The position numbers and the translations under genes are program-made. The notes beneath the pieces were generated by a model, which saw only the letters and a list, made by a program, of their open reading frames with translations, was not told where the DNA came from and did no database searches. A DNA stretch of 64,000 nucleotides, from the NCBI GenBank assembly GCA_016190825.1, contig JACPPV010000004.1:141-64140 (forward strand). Direction: 5' to 3'. This stretch comes from Chloroflexota bacterium (GTDB lineage: Bacteria > Chloroflexota > Dehalococcoidia > Dehalococcoidales > UBA2162). This document shows, piece after piece, positions 21,404 to 30,081 of the stretch; within the stretch, counting starts at the first letter, position 1, and the number at the start of each line of letters is the position of its first letter.

Positions 21404-23338
21404 TTGAGCGATCTTGCGTTGCCTTTTGAGTCCAGGTATGTACCGCGGAAAAGATTGCATGACCTTTACCGCCGGTCAATCGAGTCACCTGAGGGGTTCT
21501 GGTCGGAACAGGCGCGTCAGCTAGATTGGTTCAAGGCATGGGACAAGGTGCTCGAATGGGAGCCGCCTTTTGCCCGCTGGTTTGCCGGCGGGGAGTTGAA
21601 TGCGGCGCATATCTGTGTGGACCGCCATGTGAAAACGTGGCGCCGCAGTAAGGTGGCGATCTACTGGGAAGGTGAGCCGGGAGATGTGAGGGTGATGAGC
21701 TACTCAACCCTTTACGGTGAGGTGAACCGCTTCGCGGCGATGCTGAAGAAGCTTGGTGTTGGCAAGGGGGATAGAGTTGCTCTTTATCTGCCGATGGTCC
21801 CGGAACTGCCAGTCTTCATGCTGGCATGCGCCAGGATTGGGGCAATCCACACGGTGGTCTTTTCTGGATTCAGCGTCCAGGCCCTCGCCGACCGTATCAA
21901 TAACGTAAAGGCAAAGATGCTCATAACCGCAGATGGAGGATTCAGGAGAGGAAAGGTTCTGCCCTTGAAGGCGACGGTTGACGAAGCCCTGGACCAGTGC
22001 CCATCGATAGAACATGTAGTGGTGGTGAAAAGGGCAGATATTCCGGTAAGCATGGACGCGCCGCGGGATGTCTGGCTTCACGAGCAGCTGGAGGCGGAAA
22101 TGACCTTTGTGCCGCCGGAACCGGTTGAATCGAACCATCCCCTCTATATATTGTTCACCTCCGGGACCACCGGCAAGCCGAAGGGGATAGTCCACAGTAC
22201 GGGCGGTTACATGGTGTACAACTACTGCACGTATAAATGGGTTTTCGATATACGGGAAGAGTCCGTCTATTGGTGCACGGCGGATGTTGGCTGGGTGACC
22301 GGCCATAGCTCGATCGTATACGGCCCCCTGGCCCACGGCGCCGCTATCGTGATGTATGAAGGCGCCCCGGACTACCCCTCTATTGACCGGTGGTGGCACA
22401 TTATTGACCGGTATGGGGTGAGCATATTTTACACCTCTCCCACTGCCATCAGGATGTTCATGGGCCATGGCGAAAAATGGCCTGAGAAACACGACCTGAG
22501 CAGCCTGGAGCTGTTGGGAAGCGTCGGCGAGCCGATTAACCCGGAGGCGTGGCTGTGGTTCTACAAGCACATCGGCCAGGAGCGCTGCCCGATAGTTGAT
22601 ACCTGGTGGCAGACGGAAACGGGGGGGATGATGATCTCGCCGGCGCCGGGTATAGAATGCGTGCCGCTTAAACCCGGCTCAGCCACGCTTCCGCTGCCCG
22701 GTATCGAGGCGGACGTAGTTGATGAGGCGGGCAACCCCGCCCCTCCGGAAACGAGGGGACACCTAGTGATAAGGAGACCCTGGCCGGGCATGCTCCTTGG
22801 CATTTACGGCGATCCCGAACGCTATCGCTCGGCTTATTGGTCCCGCTTCCCGGGAATGTTTTACACCGGTGATTACGCTGTCAAAGACAGGGAAGGCTAT
22901 TTCTGGATCCTGGGGCGGGCGGACGAAGTCCTGAAGATTGCCGGACACAGGATCGGCACCGCGGAGCTTGAGGACGCGGCCGTCTCCCATCCGGACATCA
23001 CCGAGGCGGCCGTGGTTAGCAAAGCGGACCCGGTCAAGGGTGAAAGCATCGTTCTCTTTGTCCGGCTTACCGAGGGGGCAAATCCCTCTCCTGAGCTGAA
23101 GAAAAGCTTGGTGGATCACATGCGGCGGGTAATCGGGCCGATAGCTACGCCGGAGGAGGTCTATTTTACCGCCAAACTGCCCAAAACCCGCAGCGGCAAG
23201 ATAATGCGGCGCGTGCTCAAGGCAGTGGCGGAAAATACTCCCATCGGCGATCTTTCGACCCTTGAGGATGAAGCTGCGGTTGAAGAGGTAGTGAAAATCT
23301 TGCAGGAACTCCGGCAGGCACAGGCGGGAGCGGTATGA
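21404..23338 (+). CDS. acs: Acetyl-CoA synthetase (AMP-forming)
   Basis: 644 aa. YILFTSGTTGKPKG, WWQTETGG and PKTRSGKIMRR motifs. TTG start behind GGGAGGAG. Confidence 0.95.
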   Translation: MSDLALPFESRYVPRKRLHDLYRRSIESPEGFWSEQARQLDWFKAWDKVLEWEPPFARWFAGGELNAAHICVDRHVKTWRRSKVAIYWEGEPGDVRVMSYSTLYGEVNRFAAMLKKLGVGKGDRVALYLPMVPELPVFMLACARIGAIHTVVFSGFSVQALADRINNVKAKMLITADGGFRRGKVLPLKATVDEALDQCPSIEHVVVVKRADIPVSMDAPRDVWLHEQLEAEMTFVPPEPVESNHPLYILFTSGTTGKPKGIVHSTGGYMVYNYCTYKWVFDIREESVYWCTADVGWVTGHSSIVYGPLAHGAAIVMYEGAPDYPSIDRWWHIIDRYGVSIFYTSPTAIRMFMGHGEKWPEKHDLSSLELLGSVGEPINPEAWLWFYKHIGQERCPIVDTWWQTETGGMMISPAPGIECVPLKPGSATLPLPGIEADVVDEAGNPAPPETRGHLVIRRPWPGMLLGIYGDPERYRSAYWSRFPGMFYTGDYAVKDREGYFWILGRADEVLKIAGHRIGTAELEDAAVSHPDITEAAVVSKADPVKGESIVLFVRLTEGANPSPELKKSLVDHMRRVIGPIATPEEVYFTAKLPKTRSGKIMRRVLKAVAENTPIGDLSTLEDEAAVEEVVKILQELRQAQAGAV

Positions 23339-23358
23339 AGAGCAACATATCGTTGATC

Positions 23359-23399
23359 TGTCATTGTGGGAGTAGATTCCCGCCGGCGCGAGAATGACA
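23359..23399 (+). repeat. Type B repeat (..GAGTAGATTC-CGCC hairpin-GAGAATGACA)
   Basis: ctgtcattgtgggagtagattcccgccggcgcgagaatgaca. Compare 32238..32270. Confidence 0.6.
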
Positions 23400-23439
23400 A
23401 CCTACTTACTTGTATTTGATGGATCAAAAGGAGGTAGCA

Positions 23440-23904
23440 ATGGCACTGGAAAGATGGAGAGAAAGACGGCTCGGTCTTCCCTGGAGAGAAGAAATGGAAG
23501 ACCTGGAGCGCCGCTTCGAAGACCTGTTTGGCCGCCCTCTGTGGCCGCTGCGGCGGGTGGTGGAGGCGGAAAAGGGATGGATGCCTGCCATAGATGTCTT
23601 CGAGAAAGATGATAAGTTTATCGTCAAGGCGGAGTTGCCAGGCATCAAGGAGGAGGATATTGACATATCGGTAACTGACAGTGAGCTGAACATTAAGGGA
23701 GAGAAGAAAACGGAGACAGAAGTCAAAGAGGCAAACTACTACCGCAGCGAGCGGACTTACGGCAGTTTCTTTCGTTCCATACCCCTTCCTTCCACAGTGG
23801 ACAGGGACAAAGTCGAGGCCAGCTATGACAAAGGTGTGCTGGAAATAACCTTGCCCAAAGTTCCTGCGGAGAAGCCGAAGAAGATCGCGGTTAGTAAGAA
23901 ATAA
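23440..23904 (+). CDS. Hsp20/alpha-crystallin small heat-shock protein
   Basis: ACD signature (PAIDVFEKDDKFIVKAELPG...GVLEITLPK). ATG 23440 behind AAGGAGG. The track ORF opens at 23410. Confidence 0.9.
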   Translation: MALERWRERRLGLPWREEMEDLERRFEDLFGRPLWPLRRVVEAEKGWMPAIDVFEKDDKFIVKAELPGIKEEDIDISVTDSELNIKGEKKTETEVKEANYYRSERTYGSFFRSIPLPSTVDRDKVEASYDKGVLEITLPKVPAEKPKKIAVSKK

Positions 23905-23953
23905 GGCGCGTACGCATAAAATGGATCAGGGATATGTTCAGGACAAAGTTAGT

Positions 23954-24006
23954 GTCCCCATTCCTGCGAAGCTTGTCCCGCACCGTGATACGGGAGCCGG
24001 AATCCA
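23954..24006 (+). repeat. Type A two-tier hairpin repeat
   Basis: gtccccattcctgcgaagcttgtcccgcaccgtgatacgggagccggaatccagg, 50 bp after the hsp20 stop. Confidence 0.7.
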
Positions 24007-24156
24007 GGTCTGCTGTTTTTTTGGGATACCGACCCTGATCAGGGAGGGGGGAGGCTTTGCGTCGGTAGGGTTAGAAGCATGCCACAAACTGTTCTTTGTC
24101 TAAAAAAGAGGATTCTGACCGATACTAATTGAAACGTCGCTGGACGGAGGGAACCT

Positions 24157-24489
24157 ATGACTTATTTACCGGATATCTATAAGGAATTCAGGCACCAGTT
24201 TCCTGGCATCGCCAAGGAATACGACAAGCTGGCTCTTGCCTGCCACGAGTGGGGTCCGCTGGACGCCAAAACACGGCGATTGATAAAGCTGGGCATTGCC
24301 ATCGGGTTGAGCTCGGACGGCGGCGTCAGGTCTCACGCCCGTCGCGCCCTGGACGAAGGAATTACGGGGACTGAGCTCCGTCACGCTGTGCTTCTCGCCT
24401 TTACCACCGCCGGTTACCCGACGATGATTGCGGCAATGAAGTGGGTGGAAGAAGTGATTGAAAAAGAGGGCCAAAAAGGGGGTGCGTGA
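24157..24489 (+). CDS. Carboxymuconolactone decarboxylase (AhpD-like) family protein
   Basis: 110 aa. CMD-type helical pattern (LDAKTRRLIKLGIAIGL...GITGTELRHAVLLA). Confidence 0.75.
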   Translation: MTYLPDIYKEFRHQFPGIAKEYDKLALACHEWGPLDAKTRRLIKLGIAIGLSSDGGVRSHARRALDEGITGTELRHAVLLAFTTAGYPTMIAAMKWVEEVIEKEGQKGGA

Positions 24490-24490
24490 C

Positions 24491-24994
24491 ATGGTTGAAG
24501 ATGTAAGAGCCGCCCTGAGATTGCTCGGGCAGGCGATGGCTATTGAGCGGGAGGGGCGCAGATTCTATCTGCAAGTTGCTCGCACCCAGCCGGACGGAAA
24601 GGTGAGGGAAACCTTCGCCGCGCTGGCTGACGACGAAGAGAAGCACTTTGAACTCATAAAAAGGCAGCGGGACTCTTTGAATCGTGCGGGTACATGGGTA
24701 GTCTCGCCGGAGGTCATGGAGGTCAACATAGACCTGAGCCACCCCCTTTTCCCCGGTGATAAACAAGGCACGGCGCCGTCAATCCTCCCCGGGTCGAGCG
24801 AGCAGGATGCTCTTCTTTTTGGGCTGGATATTGAGACCAGAAGCTTCGAGCTGTACCGAAAAGGGGCGCTGGAGACGAAGGACGCGGTGGCCAGGCAGAT
24901 GTTTGAGTTTCTGGCCGGACAGGAGCAGGCCCATTTTGATGTTTTGATGATGAGGTACGATGCGCTCTTTGGGCCGGTAGCATGGCGGTCATAA
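24491..24994 (+). CDS. Rubrerythrin/ferritin-like di-iron protein
   Basis: Two E...ExxH pairs (AIEREG...DDEEKH; IETRSFELY...GQEQAH). The ATG overlaps the previous stop. The track ORF opens at 24458. Confidence 0.6.
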   Translation: MVEDVRAALRLLGQAMAIEREGRRFYLQVARTQPDGKVRETFAALADDEEKHFELIKRQRDSLNRAGTWVVSPEVMEVNIDLSHPLFPGDKQGTAPSILPGSSEQDALLFGLDIETRSFELYRKGALETKDAVARQMFEFLAGQEQAHFDVLMMRYDALFGPVAWRS

Positions 24995-25017
24995 TGTCGG
25001 GAAAACATTGCATGATT

Positions 25018-25106
25018 TTCCTCTTTCCTAGTGGGAGAGGATAAAGGTGAGGAGGCATGGCGAGATTTCACCCTCACCTACGTCTCTACCATCAAGGAAG
25101 AGGGAC
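25018..25106. repeat. Type F repeat (GGTGAGG/CCTCACC and GGGAGAGG hairpins)
   Basis: tcctctttcctagtgggagagga and ggtgagg...accctcacc stems. A related hairpin lies at 26255..26297. Confidence 0.5.
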
Positions 25107-25135
25107 TAATCGATGTGGTCAGGGAGTGATGGCAT

Positions 25136-26233
25136 ATGAAGGTAACTGAAAAACAGCAAGTCACGCTTCCCCGCACCAACGAACTGGGCTTCTACGAGAT
25201 GCGGCTTGAAGCGGTCGGCGGGCTCGGCGCCAACCTTGCCGGGCAGGTACTGGCCCAGTCGCTAGTGCTGGGGCAGGGGCTCAACGGGGCCCATTTTTCC
25301 TCCTACGGCTCGGAGAAGAAAGGTTCGCCGGTGAAGTCTTTTGTCCGAGTGTGTGCGCCTGACAAGGAAGTCCGCTCTAGCAGCCCGGTGGAGAGACCGC
25401 ACCTGCTGGGGGTATTCCATCATTGCCTGCTTCCGGTAGAGGGGACCACCGCCGGGCTTTACCCGGACAGCGTCATCGTGGTCAATAGTCCTGATTCGGT
25501 CGAGGAAGTGGCTGATAGGGGGAGGATAGGTTCAGGGACATTGGCGGTGGTTGATGCTCTGCTGATATCGGTGCAGGAGAACACGCGCATCAATACAGCG
25601 ATGCTGGGGGCAATCGTGCGCGCCTCCGGCTTCATTGACCCGCAGGTCGTCAGAGAGGGCATCGACGCTTCGTTTAGGGAGAAATACCCCAAGCTGGTTG
25701 AGCCAAACCTGAAGACCTTCGACCGCGGCTACAACGAAGTGAAAATCTGGACTTTTACCGGCAGCGGCAGCTTCAAGCCGAAGCCTTTCCAGCGCTATGT
25801 CCCGCAGTTAGGCTATGCCAATGCCCCGATGGGCGGTATCATTACCAACCCCGGCAATACGGCGCACAAGGACCTGAGCGCCTCGCGTCAGGGGATATTC
25901 CCGATATATCACCGCCATCTCTGCATCGATTGCGGGCTGTGCACTCAGACGTGCCCGGATTACGTTTTTGTCTGGGAGAAGGGCCTGGACAAGAATGGCA
26001 AGCCGGCCATGGTGATGAAGGGACCGAACTACCAGTACTGCAAGGGCTGCCTCAAGTGCGTGGAAATCTGCCCGGTGGCGGCGCTAACCATGGAGTGCGA
26101 GCGCCCCGAGTTCAGGTTCACCGGCGACGTCCAGCTATGGGGCCCGCCGGATGCCCTGGTGACGATGAGTCGAAACAATGAGCCGGCCAAATGGGGACAG
26201 GAAGAGGGTTATTACTGGAGAAGAGTGAGCTGA
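25136..26233 (+). CDS. 2-oxoacid:ferredoxin oxidoreductase, fused gamma-delta subunit
   Basis: 365 aa. Gamma-type N-terminus (GGLGANLAGQVLAQS...SSYGSEKKGSPV). C-terminal 2x[4Fe-4S] (CIDCGLCTQTCP, CKGCLKCVEICP). Confidence 0.85.
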   Translation: MKVTEKQQVTLPRTNELGFYEMRLEAVGGLGANLAGQVLAQSLVLGQGLNGAHFSSYGSEKKGSPVKSFVRVCAPDKEVRSSSPVERPHLLGVFHHCLLPVEGTTAGLYPDSVIVVNSPDSVEEVADRGRIGSGTLAVVDALLISVQENTRINTAMLGAIVRASGFIDPQVVREGIDASFREKYPKLVEPNLKTFDRGYNEVKIWTFTGSGSFKPKPFQRYVPQLGYANAPMGGIITNPGNTAHKDLSASRQGIFPIYHRHLCIDCGLCTQTCPDYVFVWEKGLDKNGKPAMVMKGPNYQYCKGCLKCVEICPVAALTMECERPEFRFTGDVQLWGPPDALVTMSRNNEPAKWGQEEGYYWRRVS

Positions 26234-26309
26234 AGAGTTGATAATGAAAGCTTATCTGTCACCACTCCCTTTTTCAAAGGGGGAGACAGGTGAGTTCTGG
26301 AGGGACAGC

Positions 26310-28592
26310 GTGGCAACGTTAAGGGAGAGGGAAATAATCGCAGCGGAGCAGATAACTGATTTCAAGAAAGGAAATGAGATGGCGGCTCTCGCCGCCAGGC
26401 AGATCAACTATCATGTCATGGGCTATTATCCCATAACCCCCTCGACGGAAATCGCCGAGGAGTTGGATGAGATGTACGCCCAGGGAGAACACGGCATCAG
26501 CATGATTCCCGCTGACGGCGAGCATGGGGCGGCAGGCATCTGCTATGGCGCCTCACTGGGCGGAGGGCGGGTGCTCAATGCCACCAGCGCCAACGGGCTG
26601 CTTTACGCACTGGAGCAGTTTCCCGTACAGTCCGGCACCCGTTTTCCGATGGTCCTCAATGTGGCTACCCGCTCCGTGAGCGGACCCCTGGATATACGGG
26701 GAGACCACTCGGACCTTATGATGGCGCTCAACACGGGCTGGATGATACTTCTCGCCCGTGACCCGCAGGCGGTGTACGATATGAACATCATGGCCGTCCG
26801 AATCAGCGAGCATCCGCGGGTAAACCTGCCCGTTATCATTGCCATGGATGGCTTTTTCACCAGCCACCAGAAGCGCCGTGTCCAGTATTTCCGGGATGCG
26901 GATGCGGTACGGGGTTTCATCGGGGAAAGAAAGGCGGCGGTTACCGCCCTTGACCCGGACCACCCGGTGACCATCGGCGCCTACATGAACGATCCTGACC
27001 TCATCAACAACAAATATCAGCTCTACAAGGCTATGGATGACGCCGAGTATATTATCCCGGAGATCTTCGAGCAGTACGGCAGGTTGAGCGGCCGGTATTA
27101 CGGAATGGTGGATGAGTACCGGATGGAGGATGCCGGGGCGGCGCTCTTCCTTCTTAACTCGGCGGCAGAGACAGCCAAGGACGCCGTGGACAAGCTCCGC
27201 GCCGATGGGCACAGGGTCGGGGTGGTCAGCCCTAATGTTATCCGGCCTTTTCCCGCGAAGGCAGTAAGGCAGGCATTCAAGAAGACGAAGGCCGTTCTCA
27301 TCGGCGACCGTGCTGATTCCTACGGCGGCCATGGTGGCAATATGTCCATCGAGGTCAAAGCTGCTCTTAAAGACGACCCTGAAAACTATACCCTGTGCTT
27401 ATCGCGGGTTTACGGGCTTGGCGGCAAGGATTTTTACTCTGAGGACGCTGAGGCGCTTCTAAAGGAGGCTCTTGAAGCGGCCGCCCGCGGCGAAGTGAAA
27501 GTGCCTTTTGATTATGTCGGGGCAACGCCGGGAGAGTCCGGTTTTCGAATGGGCAGTCCGGAAAAAGTAATCGGCGAGGAAGAGACGCACCTGCACCTGG
27601 CTGATGCCGCGTGGGATGAGAAGACGGGCAAAGTGAAGGTAAATGTCGGCGGCCCGCGCCAGTTTACTGAAATGCCGCAGCGCATCGCTCCGGGGCACGG
27701 AGCTTGCCCTGGCTGCGGCATCTTTCCCAGCCTGAAACAGTTTCTCACTGGCATTGAGGGGCACGTCATACTCCTTTTCCATACCGGCTGCGCCCAAATA
27801 ACCACCACTTCTTTTCCTTACAGTTCGCACCGGGTAACCTATATCCATAATCTGTTCCAGAACGGCGCCGCCACGTTGTCAGGGCTGGTGGAAATGTACC
27901 GGGAGCGGATAAGGCGTGGGGAGCTCGACCACAAGGATATTACCTTCATCATGGTCAGCGGCGACGGAGGAATGGATATCGGCATGGGACCGACCATCGG
28001 CGCTGCTCTGAGAGGGCATCCCATGATCGTCCTTGAATACGATAACCAGGGCTACATGAATACCGGGAATCAGCTCAGCTACTCCACTCCACTCGGACAT
28101 TTCACCAATACGAGTCATGTGGGTCCCGCTGAAGTCGGCAAGCGTTTCCAACATAAAGATACCGCCCAGATTATGGCGGCGACCCATATCCCCTACGTGT
28201 TTACCAGCGTCGAGGGGCTGGGCACCGATCTGGTGCGCAAGGCGGCAAAGGCGCAGTGGTACGCCAGGCACGGCAACTTTGTCTACGGCAAGGTGCTGAG
28301 CGTATGCCCCCTGAGTTGGCGCTATGATGAAAGAGTGGGGACAAAGGTTGTTAAGGCGGCAGCGGATTGTTGCTTCTTCCCGATCTATGAAGTCGAGCAG
28401 GGCAAGACCAACATAACCTATGACCCGGAGGCGCGAGGAAAGCGGCTCCCGGTGTCAGAGTGGGTGGGAATGATGGGAAAGAGCAAGCACCTACTCTGGC
28501 CTGAGCACGCTGAGACGTTAAAGGCTCTGGAGGGTGAAATCGAACGCCGCTGGAGGCGGCTGAAAGCGATGCATGAACATCCGTTGCTGTGA
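26310..28592 (+). CDS. 2-oxoacid:ferredoxin oxidoreductase, fused alpha-beta subunit
   Basis: Alpha motif GNEMAALAARQ...YYPITPSTE. Beta/TPP motifs PGHGACPGCG and SGDGGMDIGMG. GTG 26310 behind GGAGGG is preferred. The track ORF opens at 26238, inside a hairpin repeat. Confidence 0.85.
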   Translation: MATLREREIIAAEQITDFKKGNEMAALAARQINYHVMGYYPITPSTEIAEELDEMYAQGEHGISMIPADGEHGAAGICYGASLGGGRVLNATSANGLLYALEQFPVQSGTRFPMVLNVATRSVSGPLDIRGDHSDLMMALNTGWMILLARDPQAVYDMNIMAVRISEHPRVNLPVIIAMDGFFTSHQKRRVQYFRDADAVRGFIGERKAAVTALDPDHPVTIGAYMNDPDLINNKYQLYKAMDDAEYIIPEIFEQYGRLSGRYYGMVDEYRMEDAGAALFLLNSAAETAKDAVDKLRADGHRVGVVSPNVIRPFPAKAVRQAFKKTKAVLIGDRADSYGGHGGNMSIEVKAALKDDPENYTLCLSRVYGLGGKDFYSEDAEALLKEALEAAARGEVKVPFDYVGATPGESGFRMGSPEKVIGEEETHLHLADAAWDEKTGKVKVNVGGPRQFTEMPQRIAPGHGACPGCGIFPSLKQFLTGIEGHVILLFHTGCAQITTTSFPYSSHRVTYIHNLFQNGAATLSGLVEMYRERIRRGELDHKDITFIMVSGDGGMDIGMGPTIGAALRGHPMIVLEYDNQGYMNTGNQLSYSTPLGHFTNTSHVGPAEVGKRFQHKDTAQIMAATHIPYVFTSVEGLGTDLVRKAAKAQWYARHGNFVYGKVLSVCPLSWRYDERVGTKVVKAAADCCFFPIYEVEQGKTNITYDPEARGKRLPVSEWVGMMGKSKHLLWPEHAETLKALEGEIERRWRRLKAMHEHPLL

Positions 28593-28595
28593 CGA

Positions 28596-28722
28596 TTGTC
28601 ATTGGGAATGCCAAGCGATCGCCTTGTAGTCATTTTGGCTCCGTATCGTGGTGCGGGTAGACAGGATGGGTGGAAGTAGATTCTACCGACTTGTCGAGAC
28701 GCGGGAATGACAAGTGTGACGC
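28596..28722. repeat. Composite cluster of degenerate GTCATT-headed modules
   Basis: Three pieces: tgtcattgggaatgccaagcgatcgcc; a reverse type A core (ctccgtatcgtggtgcgggtagacagg); and ggaagtagattctaccgacttgtcgagacgcgggaatgaca. Confidence 0.6.
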
Positions 28723-28791
28723 AGCACTGTGAACGGAGGTTACCAAACAATTTGTTGAGGGATAGAATAGAAAAAACTTGGGGAGGTATGA

Positions 28792-29064
28792 ATGGCTTAT
28801 TTTATCAACGATGATTGTATTAGCTGCGGAGCGTGCGAACCGGAGTGCCCGAATATCGCCATCAGCGAGGGGCAACCGATTTTTATCATTAACCCGGACC
28901 GCTGTACTGAGTGCATCGGCTCGTTCAAGTCTTCGCGCTGCGCCGAGGTCTGCCCGGTGGATGCCTGTCATCCCGATCCCAGGCACGTGGAGACCAAAGA
29001 GCAGCTTCTGGCAAAGTGGCGCGGTCTGCACCCCGGCGAAGAGCCGGTAGCGGGCACTTATTAG
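28792..29064 (+). CDS. 2x[4Fe-4S] ferredoxin (YfhL-like)
   Basis: 90 aa. CISCGACEPECP and CTECIG...CAEVCP motifs. Confidence 0.85.
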   Translation: MAYFINDDCISCGACEPECPNIAISEGQPIFIINPDRCTECIGSFKSSRCAEVCPVDACHPDPRHVETKEQLLAKWRGLHPGEEPVAGTY

Positions 29065-29096
29065 GGGGAGACGTCAGCAGCAAAGGGGGTATTGAG

Positions 29097-29465
29097 ATGC
29101 CACGCGTAATCCACTTTGAGATTCCGGTTGACGACCCGGACCGGGCGATAAAGTTCTACTCTTCGGTCTTCGGATGGAAGATAGAAAGTTGGGGAGGTCC
29201 AGCGGACTACTGGCTCATCACCACCGGAAAGGATGACGAGCCAGGCATAAATGGGGCTATTACAAGGCGACAGGAACCCGTAATGGCTACCACCAATGCC
29301 CTAGATGTGCCTTCCGTGGACGATTTTTTGGGTAAGATAGCTGCAAACGGCGGCAAGGTAGTTATGCGCAAGACCGCAGTCCCGGGGGTTGGTTACATGG
29401 CCTACTGCCGGGATACGGAAGACAATCTTTTCAGCATATTTCAGGATGACACTTCGGCAAAATAG
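29097..29465 (+). CDS. VOC (glyoxalase/bleomycin-resistance/dioxygenase) family protein
   Basis: MPRVIHFEIPVDDPDRAIKFYSSVFGW is a typical VOC N-terminus. The track ORF opens at 28911, overlapping the ferredoxin gene. Confidence 0.8.
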   Translation: MPRVIHFEIPVDDPDRAIKFYSSVFGWKIESWGGPADYWLITTGKDDEPGINGAITRRQEPVMATTNALDVPSVDDFLGKIAANGGKVVMRKTAVPGVGYMAYCRDTEDNLFSIFQDDTSAK

Positions 29466-29479
29466 ATTGGAGAGCAGCC

Positions 29480-30079
29480 ATGGTCAAGTTCAACGGTGTC
29501 AATCATCTGGCAATGGCCACAGGTGACATGGACAAAACTATCCGTTTCTGGAGAGACCTGCTGGGCATGAGACTGGTGGCAGGCCTCGGACAGCCCGGGT
29601 ACCGTCACTATTTCCTTCAAATATCGGATACTGACCTCATCGCCTTCTTTGAATGGCCCGGCGTGGAGCCAGTGCAAAAGAAAGAGCACGGCCGTCCGGT
29701 AAAAGGCCCCTTCGTCTTTGACCATGTTTCGTTCGGGGTTGAGACGGAAGACGATCTCTGGCAGTTGAAGGATAAACTGGCGGCGGCCGGATTCTCCGTG
29801 TCCGATGTTATTGACCACGGGTTTATCCACTCGATCTATGCCCATGATCCCAATGGCATCCCGATTGAGTTTTCTCACAACGTTGAGGGCATCAGCATTC
29901 GTAAGGAGCCACAAATGCGGGACGCGGTGCCTTCTCCGGTAACGATGGAAGGAGCGGAGCCAAAGGCCGGCGTCTGGCCGGCTGTATTACGGCTAACGCC
30001 GGAATCAGAGCGAATCGCCTATCCCGGCGCCGGAAGTGAGCTATTTCACGGCAAGAAAGAAACAGGGAGGAAAGTTTAG
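29480..30079 (+). CDS. VOC family protein
   Basis: 199 aa. NHLAMATGDMDKTIRFWRDLLGM and FDHVSFGV paired beta-alpha-beta-beta-beta modules. Confidence 0.75.
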   Translation: MVKFNGVNHLAMATGDMDKTIRFWRDLLGMRLVAGLGQPGYRHYFLQISDTDLIAFFEWPGVEPVQKKEHGRPVKGPFVFDHVSFGVETEDDLWQLKDKLAAAGFSVSDVIDHGFIHSIYAHDPNGIPIEFSHNVEGISIRKEPQMRDAVPSPVTMEGAEPKAGVWPAVLRLTPESERIAYPGAGSELFHGKKETGRKV

Positions 30080-30081
30080 AC

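Noticed and set aside
20077-24103. Track ORFs that translate repeats: the tail of 20077..20802 and 23921..24103 give PAKLVPHRDTGAGIQ. Related cases are 34788..34970, 51282..51470, 51470..51652, 51499..51687 and 54672..54923.
   Set aside because: The conserved-looking peptide strings are simply translations of the type A, E and G repeat DNA. They occur in different frames and strands, lack SD sequences and overlap real genes or hairpins.
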